Shown here: piece after piece, positions 23,862 through 35,877 of the stretch
Layout of the letters: each line of letters starts with the position of its first letter
Position numbering within the stretch: the first letter of the stretch is position 1
From: Podarcis filfolensis
Lineage: Eukaryota
Reading direction: 5' to 3' (one strand)
Assembly (NCBI GenBank): GCA_964270895.1
Contig: OZ185435.1
Length of the DNA stretch: 64,000 nt
Notes under the pieces: generated by a model
The model's input: only the letters and a program-made list of their open reading frames with translations
Databases searched by the model: none
What the model was told of the DNA's origin: nothing
Made by a program: the position numbers and the translations under genes

Positions 23862-24530
23862 CTGGGTCCCAAAAGGCAGAGAGCATGAACAAACATGATG
23901 GGGGGGGGAGGAAAGGAGAGCAAGACCAAGAGTGTTAACATGTTGCTGGCACCACCTTTAAGCTTTCAGGGGTCTGGGTCTACCCGTCATAGAAAGGAAT
24001 GGCCTTCCACAGGCACTCCTCTCACCCACAGTGACCTTTCCTCATATCCTGCTTTCAGATTATGATCCACGGTTATTTTGTGTCACATGTGGGTAGCACT
24101 AGGAAAACTTTCCCCAGCCTGAGGTTCTCCAGATGGGGCTGTGCCGGCTGAGGCTGATGGGAATTGTACAGAGGATCCCATGTTAGGGGTAGTTGCTCTC
24201 GGATTATTGGGGAGCCAGAACAGGGCTTGCTTCTCAAGCTCTCATGACGGACAAGAAACCCTCAAATTCTCCCATCTCATTTACCCAGTGAAGACAATCG
24301 TAATCCTGGTTTTCCCTGAAGCTACTAAATCGGTGAACTTCCTGAGGCAGGGATTAGTCCCCCACACACCACCAACCTCCCACCAACTACACGACCAGCA
24401 ACTTTGCAAATCCTATACACTTTGCGATTCTGCAACAATGCGGCTGCAGGCAGGTCCATGCTTAGTGTCTTTTGACAGCTTTTTTTATCGCCGCAGCTCT
24501 CAGGAATGCCCTCCCTCCTCAGGCACTCAC

Positions 24531-24582
24531 ATGGATGTTGAGCTCCACATTCTTCCACTGGGAGAAGCGTGTGAACTTGTCA
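24531..24582 (-). CDS. GRK2: GRK2 exon 7
   Basis: (S)DKFTRFSQWKNVELNIH|gtgagt; 52 nt. Confidence 0.96.
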
Positions 24583-25156
24583 CTAAAACAGAACAGACGG
24601 GAGAAGAAATGAGAGAAAGAACACACAGGCCCTGGAACACAAACCCTGGGTATCACCACTTTCAAAGGATCCGTCCTCAAATCCCCGTGCCAGAACTCTT
24701 CCAAGTCCAATAACACCCCCGCCCCCTTAACAGATACTCCTATACCCCAGTATTATGGGAAGGAAGAGGTGGGTTTAGGGAGGGGAAAGGGAAAATACAG
24801 GGAACATTCACATACATATAACTTCCATCCTGCCTTCAAGACAACCCTACGCAGGCTTAACTCAGAAGTGAGCCTTCTTTCCATCTACAGAACTCGCTCC
24901 TGCTTTGCTTGATTCTAGGCATTTTTGCTCCGAAGGAAGTTCCATAGTGCTCAAAGGGGCTTACTTCCAAGAAAATCTGCAAACTTCAAAGGCACTGTCT
25001 CATCTTCTTTCAAGCTTCGCCATGCACAAGGGGGAAGGGGAATGGAATGGAGTGTGTTGGAAAAGGTGTGGCTGGCACCTTAAACAGGAGCACACCACGC
25101 TGCAACATGGTGCTGCAGGTTCTGCGTGTGGACAGCCTATAGTCCTCAGCACTCAC

Positions 25157-25218
25157 CTCTCAATGAACCTCTGGAAGATAGTCCCACGCAGACACTCACA
25201 GATCTCCTCAATGTATGG
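25157..25218 (-). CDS. GRK2: GRK2 exon 6 (RH domain)
   Basis: PYIEEICECLRGTIFQRFIE(S)|gtgagt; 62 nt. Confidence 0.96.
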
Positions 25219-25589
25219 CTGGCAGAAGAGTGGGCAGAGAGGAATGAATGCCAAAAACCTATCCATTAAAGCTTTCCACCCACTGGTCCCCATTCTCATC
25301 TGCATGGCCCCTGCGGGACTCAGTGATGTGGAAATCCCCATGAGATCCTCAACAGCAAGTGCTGTAAGGAAATGGAGTGTGCATTTCTTTGGGTTTGGCA
25401 ATGTTATAGGAAAAGAGCCCCCCCCCTGCTGTGGGGACACTTGTACAGGCTAGGAAGAAATTGGTTGCAATGGGCCAGAGTTCATGCTACATCAGCCCCT
25501 GTCTACCAATGCAAGTGCATCCAGTCTTGGGGCAAATGAGATCCGAGATTGGGTGAGCCCAAGGGTCTAGTTGTTCGGGAGGGATTTAC

Positions 25590-25664
25590 CTGGAACAGGT
25601 CAGGTGGCACTTGCTTCTTGCTGAGGCGGCTCTGCACATATTCCGTGGCAGTCTTGGAGAAGGG
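25590..25664 (-). CDS. GRK2: GRK2 exon 5 (RH domain)
   Basis: PFSKTATEYVQSRLSKKQVPPDLFQ|gtaaat; 75 nt. Confidence 0.96.
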
Positions 25665-25926
25665 CTGTGAGAGGACACAAGAAAAAGGAAATGAGTCCGG
25701 ATGCATCGCTGTCCAAAGAGACATTTCATCAAGTTATTGTGCCTGCACAAAGCTTGGGTTGACTTCCAGCTCTAATGCTGAGACCACCGAAGAAGCCCAG
25801 TGACAAGGAAATCAACAGGACTGGGGCACAAAGCTTGGGGAAGGCTTACAAGCTGGGTCAGGAATAGGGCTGGCAAATCTTGGACATGTTAAAGAGAGGC
25901 ACTGGCTGCATTCACACAGCAGTTTA

Positions 25927-26178
25927 CAGTGGTACCTTGGTTTAAGAACAGCTTAGTTTATGAACGACTTGGGTTAAGACCGCTGCAAACCTGGAAGTAG
26001 ATGTTTTGGTTTGTGAACTTTGCCTTGGAATAAGAACATGTTTCGCTTCCTGCTGAGTGTGTTCCATTTGTAAATTGAGTCCTCCGCTGCTCTGGGAAAG
26101 CATGCCTTGGTTTAAGAATGCTTTGGTTTAAGAACGGACTTCCGGAACGGATTAAGTTCGTAAACCAAGGTACCATTG
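25927..26178. mobile_element. pogo/Tigger-like MITE, second subfamily
   Basis: TIRs CAGTGGTACCTTGGTTT / AAACCAAGGTACCATTG with TA on both sides. Confidence 0.85.
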
Positions 26179-27482
26179 TATTCCATCTTCCCAGCATTTC
26201 CCTAACTAGCTGCTTCTAGAAATATAGTGGAATATAGCACAAGTCTGGCACTCATTTCCATGTTACTTGCTCGTTTACGTCACATGAAGGCAGAAATATA
26301 ATGTAGAAATAAAACAGTTATGGAAACATCAGGAAAACAGAATAAATTATCTCCTTTGTCCGATGCACAAGCCTGTTGCTGTTGGGTTGGCAAACACTTT
26401 TCACCTATCAGTTTAAAAAAAATAAAAAATTCCCTGTTTTAACAACAACAAGCAATTCAAACTACCAGTAAACACACAGAGCAAAGGTTCCCAAACTGTG
26501 GTCTGTAGACCACCATGGTCAGCAAGCTTTGAACAGGTAGTCCAAAGATGGCGGGTGTGGCAGCGATGAATGGCAGGCTCAGCAGCTGCTCCATTCTTCT
26601 GAGGAACTGGGGTCTAACCAAAAGGTGAGTGGGAAGGAGCATAAGTGAAGGGAGGAGAAGGCACTTGAAAGGAGTAGAGAGGATTAGCAGCATGAAAGAC
26701 AAGAGTGAGAGGAAGAGGAAGCAGCAAAAAAGGAGAAAGAGACAGTCAAAACATGGGAATGAAGGTGAGCAGGAAAATCCTGACGTGAGAGGGGGAAGAG
26801 GCAATTGAAACAGGACAGCTGGAACCCCTGTCTGTACGCTGCCACAGCACTCAGCTGTGGATTTTTTTATTGTGTCAGATAAATTCATTAATAACCTGTT
26901 GCCATTCTTTCACATCTTTATCTGATCATGTTAATGGAATGCTAGAGCAAAATAGAAAGCAAGAAATAAAAGTGCAATTAAAAAATCATACAGCATCTAG
27001 CACAAGGCATGACAGTTGCTACAATTGACCAAAAAAAAAAAAAAAAAGCGCTGCACCAGGACTCTCAGCAATTTTGATGCAGTCTGTGGGAACCACTGAC
27101 ACGGTACAATTATGACTGTCGGCCATTCAGAATAAAATTGTTCCATTTACACATTTTATTAACTTTCTTGGTTTCCGAGCATCACTTAATGAAGGACATT
27201 TTCGTTCTCATTTTGAATCACTCCTCTTCGCATTTTGACTTGTGGCACTGGCGGCATCAGTGTTTGCCTGCTCTTCGCACAACTTGAAAAGTGTCAGGTT
27301 ACCTCAAGAACTGTCAACAGTTGGCCCAGCACTTTACACCAGTAAGTGTGACTCTGTGGCTTCTTGGTTTCATCTCTCATCATGTCCCCCTGGGACTTCC
27401 TGAAGGCCTCCCTCCTGCTATGCTGAAAGGCTCACATGCACTGCCCCTACCTCCCACTAAACCCATCGTTCCCCAGAAACCT

Positions 27483-27540
27483 AGAATAATAGAACTATTG
27501 AGTTGGAGGAGACCCCCCAAGGGCCATCTAGTCTACCCAC
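27483..27540 (-). mobile_element. Short CR1 3'-end fragment
   Basis: gagttggaggagaccccccaagggccatctagtct matches the CR1 3' end seen elsewhere in the window. Confidence 0.6.
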
Positions 27541-28153
27541 ATTTTATCTCTGGCCCTGCCCACCAACTGGCATATGGCCCTTGGAAGGTTACCCACAAGC
27601 GAATGTGGCCCTTGGGCTGAAGTGTGATCTCCTTCCCCCCATATAAAACCATGTTTTGAAATTGGCTTGATATTCTAGCTTGTTCTGAAGCTGTTAACTA
27701 TGGTCTCCTGGTTCCGATAAAACGGGAAACCACGGTTAATGGTGGAAGAATCCACAGTTTGTTTGCTGCCACTGTAATGGGAGAAGCAAAGGCACTGGTG
27801 CATTGCACAAGGTGGTGCCTTAAGCAGCTGCCTACAATTCATTAATGGGAAGGTCATCCCAGAACAGGAAAGAGCCATTTCCCATGCATGGTAGAGGAAA
27901 GTGAGGTCGTGAAAAGGAGATTAAGAGCTGGGGTGGGTAGTTCTAAGGGAGTTGTATGTGACAATTATTGAGCCAGGGAGAGTACACAGCCTGTGAGACA
28001 ATGGACAATGCTGGGAGTCTGGCTCCTCCCATTGTGAGGAGTATTATCTTTTAAAGAATCTTGATCAATGGGATTGCAAAGCAAACATGATACTTCTTGC
28101 CAAAGGTTTTTTTCAGACTCTCTCATGTGACAGCAAGCATTCGGGCCACTCAC

Positions 28154-28255
28154 GTGAGAACAGGACAGCAGTTCCTTCATGATGTACGTGTCAAAGATCT
28201 GGCGGCTCTTAATAGCTCGATCCTCTTCGGAGTCCATCTTCTCATACTTTTTGAT
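28154..28255 (-). CDS. GRK2: GRK2 exon 4 (RH domain, Galpha-q interface)
   Basis: [34 protein letters not shown]|gtgagt; 102 nt; R106 and D110 present. Confidence 0.96.
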
Positions 28256-28531
28256 CTATGAAGAATGGGGCGAGGGGAGAGGTAACAAGGCTCAGCAACC
28301 TACCCACCGACTACAGACTCTGTAAGGCCCTTCAGAAGGCATAGACAGACACATGGTCGACGTGGACCATGTTTTGCCCCCAAAGAACTCAAATAATGGC
28401 TGTGCTTGGAGAGAGCGCTTGCAATCTCTTGTTGCCCCCTTTATTATTTTCCACAGGGGCTGGGTGGCAGCTGACAAAATGTGCCATAGAATGCATATAC
28501 AAAGTCAAAGAGACAAAAGCTGAGCTTACAT

Positions 28532-28665
28532 CTGGGCTGGGGAATCTGTAGCCAGAAGTTGCTGGACTACAACTCCCATCATCTCTGCCCATTGGCCATG
28601 CTGGCTGAGGCGGATTGGAGATGGAGCCCAACTAAATCTGGAGGGCACCCTGTGGGCGACCTCTG
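28532..28665. mobile_element. Hairpin hAT MITE
   Basis: gctggactacaactcccatcatc core with partner arm; same family as 47692-47827. Confidence 0.6.
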
Positions 28666-29308
28666 AGATACAGGGAGAGCAGTGCGCTGAAATCTCACAG
28701 CAAGCATTTTTCTTATCCCCCTTATTATTATTGTTCTCCTTTAAATCTAGTTTTATTTTAAATTATGAGAGGGCCAACAACATAAACCATACTCATAAAA
28801 GGGATAATACTACAGGAAAGCATAAAGCACAGCAAAACTTTCTGGCTCTTGCCTTCTCTAATAAAATATTTTGCCCATTTTTAAGCTTTTAAGTTCCCCA
28901 GATACCCACCGCACCCCATCCCACCCCTGGCAAAATGAAACTACCCCACTCTGTCCTGAAGAGGCAATGCAGGGATTCCATGTATTTGTTTTCCAACCTG
29001 AATCGGGAGATGCCGTAGCCTTGCCTTCTGTCACCCCCCCCCCCCCGGCTCCTTTACCCCCCGACCACTTCCAGTCATGCTGCCGTGAACAAGAATTCAG
29101 ATATGCTTTTTGAGAGGAGGGTCAAAAGGCCTGAAGTGGCCTCTGAACAGGTCTTTGAAAAGTCAACTCCTCAGCTCAAGACAAGTTTGGGAACCAATGT
29201 CAGAGGGGAGTCTGTGTGCCAGGCCAAGGAAGGAAATTGTGGTTTGACGGCACGGAAGGAAATAGAGCATTTTCTCCCACCACCCTCAACGCACAATCAG
29301 GGCCTCAC

Positions 29309-29382
29309 CTCTTCATAGAATTCCACCAGTGGTTTGGCTTCCTCCACCTGATTTAGGCAGAAGTCTCGGAACAGCAGGAAAC
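29309..29382 (-). CDS. GRK2: GRK2 exon 3
   Basis: (G)[24 protein letters not shown]|gtgagg; 74 nt. Confidence 0.96.
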
Positions 29383-30786
29383 CTAAGAAAAACACACAAC
29401 TGTCAGCTGCAACGACCAGGTGTGTCCCTGCTTCCCTTTTTCAAAGCCAGCCAGTTGGTCCCACCTGAATTAGCACCCTCAGAAAGCCAGGGCCCTGCAT
29501 TCCATCCCTGACTAATCAGCAATGGTGGGAAAAGAAATCCATTGTATATGTACAGGTATATGGCTATGGTAGGAAACCTCTGGCCCTCTGTATATTGTGG
29601 GACATCAGTTCCATCAGACTAAGCCACCATGGCCAGCGATCGGGAATGATGGGAGCTGTCGTCCAAAAACATTCCCCAAACTTAGTCCACTGACTCCAAA
29701 TATAGAGGTTTCATTCTTCTATCATGGTGGATAGCTAGTCAAAGATCTATGCAAATTTATCTAAGTTGGCTTTTAAAGTCATCTATACCAGTGCCCATTA
29801 ATACCAAATCCTGTTTTTTATGGACAAGGGCTTTGTGATTTTATCAGCAAACACAAGAGAAAGAAATCAACAAGTTTGAAGCTTTTAACATCATGCATTT
29901 TCATACCAAATAAATCTTCACCTGGTGATTTCTGCCCATTACACCACTGTCAGAGACAAAGAGTCTCTCCTTATACAAAACTAGCAGGTATAGTCATCCA
30001 ATTTATTTTTTACAGAAAATTTCTAGAAAACAAGCTGGGATTTTGATATTTTTAAGAAGGCACATCTCAATCTTTTCATCTTGCAAAAAAAAAGAAAGAA
30101 AGCATAACCATTTCAGTTTCATAAGCTACGTTCAATATCCCTGGGAGTTGGAATATGCCCAGTAGGTTTATACAGGAGAAGCTTCTCCCACCATTCCCAG
30201 TGCAATCCCATGCATGCCTACTCAGAAAGTAAGCCCCACAAAGTTCAGAAGGGTTCACATTCTTAATTTCTGCATGTCAGGCAGCTGTTAAATGCATGGG
30301 AGCAGGGTCACTTTTTTTAATAAAAAAAAGAAAAATAACTGTTTTGCGCATGCTTGCCTTAAGTCACGTGGTCCCCCTGGGAAAACTAGTCATAACTCAT
30401 GTCTGAGTTGTATGTTAGAGAAGTCCCCAAACCAAAGGCACTTCCACATAGGAACATGAAGGAGACCTACATGTCACTCATAATAAGCAACCGAGAAGTG
30501 CTTCCCTTTGGATGCATAACGGAAGCTACATGGAACCGTGCCTGTGTGCAAATTCCTTGCAAATTTTATACAGGGTGAAGCGGCCCCTTCAGTAACCTTC
30601 AATATACATTCAAAGCAGGCATGAGTCTCATCTGTACCAGATCTAGCAGGGGGTGGATAACCTGTCTGCCTCTGGGTGTTCTTGGCTATAAACTCCATGA
30701 TCCCTGACCATTAGCCTCCCTGGCTGGGGGGCTGATGGGAGCTGGGAGAGCAGCAAAACCTGCAGAGACGCAGGTTCCCTCAGCTA

Positions 30787-31037
30787 CCATATTTGCTCTA
30801 TAAGACTCACGTTTTCCCTCCTAAAAAGTAAGGGGAAATGTGTGTGCGTCTTATGAAATCAGGCTGTGCAGCTATCCCAGAAGCCAGAACAGCAAGAGAG
30901 ATCACTGCTTTCGCTGCGCAGCGATCCCTCTTGTTGTTCTGGCTTCTGAGATTCAGAATATTTTTTTTCTTGTTTTCCTCCTCCAAAAACTAGGTGCATC
31001 TTATGGTCTGGTGCGTCTTATAGAGCGAAAAATACGG
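30787..31037. mobile_element. Tc2/pogo-like MITE with internal hairpin
   Basis: Ends ccatatttgctctataagac / gtcttatagagcgaaaaatacgg; TA at left, TG at right; internal arms cagaagccagaacagcaagag / ctcttgttgttctggcttctg. Confidence 0.75.
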
Positions 31038-31562
31038 TGACTGAAAAGGGGCAGTTGGAGGGTGGCAATCCCCACACCTGGAGAAGATTTCTCAAGCATA
31101 CTGTGCACCAGTTTCCGCCTCAACTCTGCTCCCCCTCCACACACACACAGTGGATCAAGATCCACGTCAGCTTGTGGCTAAACAGCTCCTTGGTGCTAAA
31201 CCTGCTTCCCCAACCTACTTGTGCGCCATCCCCAGGTGAGAGGCAGAGGCAAGAGGCTGTGGGGAGCCAGGAGCGAAGGGAGAGCCAGGAGGGGTGGGAG
31301 CAGAGGGGATGAAAGCGGGAGATATTGTGAGGAAACCACAAGTGGCTGTGGGTGTGGGAGGAAGCAAGAGTGTTTCCTGTTGGGGCGGGGTGTAGTAACT
31401 GAAAAGGAGAAACAGCCTTGCAAGCAGATGCCTCCGGGGCTCAGTATGGACAACAACAGCCCAACATCACCCAGCCTGTCCTAAGCCAGCAGTCACACAG
31501 CCCTTCCTAACCTGTGTTTTCCTCCTAATTTATCCAGATGTACCTCATCAGTGCCTCTAGAG

Positions 31563-31863
31563 CAGTGGTTCCCAATTAGGGGTCCGGGATCCCCAAGGGG
31601 TCCGTGGCCCCATCCCTTGCCTCCCTGCCTCAACTATTTTTTTTTGTCATTTTTGCATAGTAGTATCACAAATTTTATAGTCTGTTTTTTAAAATTATAC
31701 CTAAAGTCCTTTGCTTATGAGGGGCTACACCACATTTTGTTCAAAAAATTGCTTTGCAGAGGTAACTACCATGGAGTCATCAAAATTGTCAAAAGTAAAG
31801 GGTCCGTGGCTTGGCTTTTGAAAAACAGGGGGTCCTCCGTAATTAGCTAATTGGGAACCAGTG
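31563..31863. mobile_element. hAT MITE
   Basis: TIRs CAGTGGTTCCCAATTAG / CTAATTGGGAACCAGTG (16/17); perfect 8-bp TSD ctctagag (31555-62, 31864-71). Confidence 0.9.
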
Positions 31864-33571
31864 CTCTAGAGTATTCTGTTTTGTTGTGTGTGTTTTTTAA
31901 AGGAGTAAGTGGCAGGGTGTGGAATTTTATTTTCCTTCTTCCTGGCAGGCTTCTGTGCCTTCAGCAAGATGACAGGCAGAAATTCAGCAGCGAAAGTGTG
32001 TTGTTGTCCCCTCTCCCCACCAGCCCGTACATTTCAATCTATGAGGGAGAAAAAGCTACATGAGCTGCCTTTTTACTTCTCACACAGCTGCTAACAGCGC
32101 AGGAGCCTTGCCAGAAAAAGCTGACACTCTTACTTTCTAAAAGGCTTCTTGAAGAGCTGCATGGAAGGGGAATTCCACCAGGTCCAGATTCTCCGCTGGA
32201 GTAATTACACTTCTTCATTCAGACACTCAAGAGAGGCATTGTCAAGGGTGGGGGCAGCAGGGCCTGTGAGGGGTGGCCTAGCGATATACTGTGGCCTAGG
32301 AAGAAGCCTGAGGGCCAGAAAGATGGGCCTACAGGGCCACATTCAATCGCAAGGTCTGCAGCTCCACCCCCTTCCTGGAGGCAGAACCTTCTCACATGTG
32401 AGCCAGTCCAGAAGCTTTGAACCCTCTTCTCTTCCAATATCCCTCAAGTGAAGCAATTGTCCTGCAAACAACTAATGGAAGATGGAACGGGGAACCGTCG
32501 CAGGCCGCACAAGAGGAAGCAGAATTTCCTCATCGACCTCAGCAATACCCCCTTCCCCAATTCATTTGTACAGATCTCAGCTCAGCTGCTCACAGATCTC
32601 AGCTCAGGCTTGAGAACAAGGCGAGGGAGGGGGGAAGAGACAGTAGATTACAATCTACTGGGAGATCTCTGGGTGACCTGCAGTAGATCCTCAGGGGTTC
32701 TGACTCCCAATTCTTGAGCAACTAGCAAGAACAAAATGACCCGCCCACCCCCCAAAATCAAAATTAGGCTGCTGAAATGAAGAAAGCTAACTGAGACTGG
32801 ACATTTGCCCAAAATGGTGCTGAAAACAAATTCCTGGGCTCCAAATGTGCTCAGTAGCACCCTTTGTTTATTAATTCTAACTCTGGGTATCTTGCACCTG
32901 GCCTGGGTTGGTCAATCTTGGAAATTCTGGTAGAGGCGAAAGTGGATTGACCAAAGTCTGCCCACCCCTGCTCTACAGCACCAGCCTGGGATGTAGAGTT
33001 GACCAGACCCAAGGCAGGACAGGGACTTATTATCTTTGGATAATTTGGACAAGATAATTTGAGCTGGCACAGCAACTGCCGCCCTTGCAGAGCTATGCGC
33101 TTTCCAAAAAAAATCCTCATTAATAGATACAGGATCACTGGCTTTCTTTGCATTGGGCCACCCTAGAGAAGGAGAAGACTTGTTAACTCCTGATCTGAAT
33201 GAAGAAGGCGAATGGCCTTTCCAAGGGCTGGATGGTAAGGACAAATTCAGGGGCCAAGCGTTCCCCAACTCCAGTGAAGGAGCAAGTGACAAAAGAAGTT
33301 GCACCTGCAGCACCGGCCCCTGCGGCCAAAGCACAGCAGCACTTTCCAGGCCAGAAGCTGGATTCCTAAGGGGAAGGACGAGACTGAGTATGCAGCAAGC
33401 AGCTTCCATCACAACTCTGCAGATATCCAATCCCACCACAGCCCTTTTAAAAAGGAGGTCCTCCTTCTGCCCCCCTATTTCTTCTCACTGGCGTTGACTC
33501 CTGGCTAACCGGAGCACAGGCAAGCTGGTCTTGCCTGAACTCATGACCCCTGCAGAGGCTCTGCTACTCAC

Positions 33572-33648
33572 CAATCTTCTGAGAAAATATCTTGTCAAAG
33601 GTCACCTCACCCCGGTCTTCCAAGTATTTCTGCATAACACTGCGGATA
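33572..33648 (-). CDS. GRK2: GRK2 exon 2
   Basis: (S)[25 protein letters not shown](G)|gtgagt; 77 nt. Confidence 0.97.
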
Positions 33649-33720
33649 CTGCCAAGAGAAAAGGCACATGAGGGAAGTTAACAAGGGTGAAGCTTCTCAG
33701 CTCGGCCTATTCCCTCAAAG

Positions 33721-33853
33721 CAGGGGGTGGGGAGATTGTGACCTTCCATATGCTGCCGGACTCCAGTTCCCATCATCCTTGACCACTGGCTACGCTGTCT
33801 GGGCCTGACAGGAGTCCAACCACATATGGAGGGACAAAGGTTTGCCGTCCCTG
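33721..33853. mobile_element. Hairpin hAT MITE
   Basis: caggggtggggag...ggactccagttcccatcatcc...gccgtccctg; same family. Confidence 0.55.
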
Positions 33854-34050
33854 CCCTGAAAACAACAAGGGCAGGATCCAGCTAAGCTGTTGCATGTGCA
33901 GAATGAGGTCCACTCGTGCAGCAGACTTCCCCCTCCTCTCTTCCTGCTGCGCCCCCTAAATCTGCTCTAGAGGGTCGGAGGAGGAACCAAGAACATGTTT
34001 AGAAAGTGGGGGTGTGGAGAGGGGTTAAAGTCTTATTATATGAGCAGTTT

Positions 34051-34121
34051 TGTAGTACCTTAAAGGATAGCAAATGTAGTATTTAAGGTGCTACAATACC
34101 CTTTGTTGTTTTTGCTGCAAC
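34051..34121. mobile_element. Penelope-like inverted remnant
   Basis: tgtagtaccttaaag ... tttaaggtgctaca inverted pair, then ctttgttgtttttgctgcaac, typical of reptile PLE ends. Confidence 0.5.
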
Positions 34122-34630
34122 CCCCCCATTATTATCACAGGAAGCCTGCAGATAAAAGACACTTATCTCAAGAGATTTTGGGTCAGTAAGGATCCAGCAC
34201 TGGATAGCCGACATTTCATTCATGAATTAAGACCAACCAGCTGTTTAAAGGAGACTGTGTTTTTATCTGGGGCTAAGTGGAGCCAGGTACAGGAAGATTA
34301 CAAAGGCAGGCAGTCATTCTAGCAGGTGAACGAACAGAGGTCTGTTTCTTGTCTTAAAGAAGAGCTGGTGCTCTTAGAATGGCATCTGCATCTGGGCAAT
34401 TTGGAAGAGAAGCCAATTTAAAAGTCTAAACAGAAAATGAAGGTTCATCAAAAAGCGGGAGGGACAGGAGGACGGTGGTCTGAGTGTGGACGGACAGGCT
34501 CCTGGCTAGAGAAGCAGCGGAAATAATACATTGGATCTTGGAAGCAATGTTCTGAATACATTCTGGTTTTTTAGTCGCTGTGTTTGTTTTGTCCTCCTGG
34601 GTGGTTAATTTTAAAAAGTGACCAAGAAAC

Positions 34631-34655
34631 AGAGAGAGAGAGAGAGAGAGAGAGA
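34631..34655 (+). repeat. (AG)12 microsatellite
   Basis: Pure dinucleotide run. Confidence 0.9.
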
Positions 34656-35584
34656 ATGAATACCAGGCAAATAATTAGGAAAGAGCACCTTTTGGGTTGA
34701 AAATGAACCTGAAATTCCAAGGTCCCAAAGTACAATGACTAATCTCAAAGATGAGTTGGCAAGACCTGGTAGCTGGCAGCCTGGAAAATGCTATAGACGG
34801 TCTGGCCATGAGACAGGGGTTCATGCTGGGTTAATGTATTACAAAGAACTGGAACTCTCTTTTGGAGTCGTGTGCCATCTTTCAGAGCTGGGCTATGGCT
34901 TCTCCTGTGGATATTTAGCTGGTTAAGCAGCACACATAGCCCTTCTATGGAGAAAAATTTAATTGACTCAGCGTAAGCAGCCAAGAGGAAGCTCCTGAGT
35001 ATGAGGGCCATTGCAGGGTAAGGGCAACAGTCTCCCTCTAGCCCAGCATTCTGTTGTCACAGTGGCCAGCCACATGCCAGTAGGAACACCTCAAGAAGGT
35101 CCTGGGCACAAGAGCATTCTTTCCACGTGGGATTCCAAGCACACTGCCTCTGAACAACGGAGGCAGAAATCCTAATCCTAAATGCATTTATTTGGAAATG
35201 CCACCGAATCACTTTCAACCATTTTCTCCTGACCATATTCACCTGGAAGGAAGAAGCCCCATTGACTTCAAGGGGGTTTGCTCCCCAGAAAGCATGCTTC
35301 AATTTGCAGCACGGGTACCTTTCGAGATGGAAGATTGTGTAAGAAGTACTTGTCAGATGATGGAAGACGCAGATTACCGTATCACTTGACAAGTGTACTG
35401 AGTCAGCATTCCCAACACCCACAATCCACATACTGACAGTACAGATCCTCACTGCAGGTTGGAATGAATGAGAAGCAGTGCGGGTGGCACAATAATGGTG
35501 AAAATGCTGTGACTGTGGCACCAACATTCTGTGATAGTTTGCACCACTTGCATGAGATACTTGGTAAGTCAGATAGGACCAATG

Positions 35585-35877
35585 CAGTGTTTCTCAAACT
35601 TGGGTCCTCAGCTGCTGTTGGACTACAACTTCCATCATCCTTAGCTAGCAGGACAAGTGGTCAGGGATGATGGGAGCTGTAGTCCAATAATGGCTGAGGT
35701 CCCAAGTCTGTCGGTCAATTGGTAAAGCTTTCCTTAAACTAGCATTCCTCAACCTGCTGTCCTCCTGGTGATGCTGGACTTGCAAACTCCCATCATCCTC
35801 AGCCAGCATGGCCAAGGGACAGAGGTGATGGGAGTTTGGACCCCAGGGTCTGAAGGGTCACAGGTCCCCCACCCCTT
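35585..35877. mobile_element. Two adjacent hairpin hAT MITEs (about 35585-35710 and 35739-35877)
   Basis: Each has an (ggactacaac/tcccatcatcc)...(gatgatgggag) palindrome. Confidence 0.6.

Noticed and set aside
26482-27098. Possible second cargo-carrying hAT element (caaaggttcccaaactg ... tgggaaccactg)
   Set aside because: Left TIR is degenerate, flanks acacagag / acacggta match poorly, and the purine-rich interior has no recognisable gene fragment.
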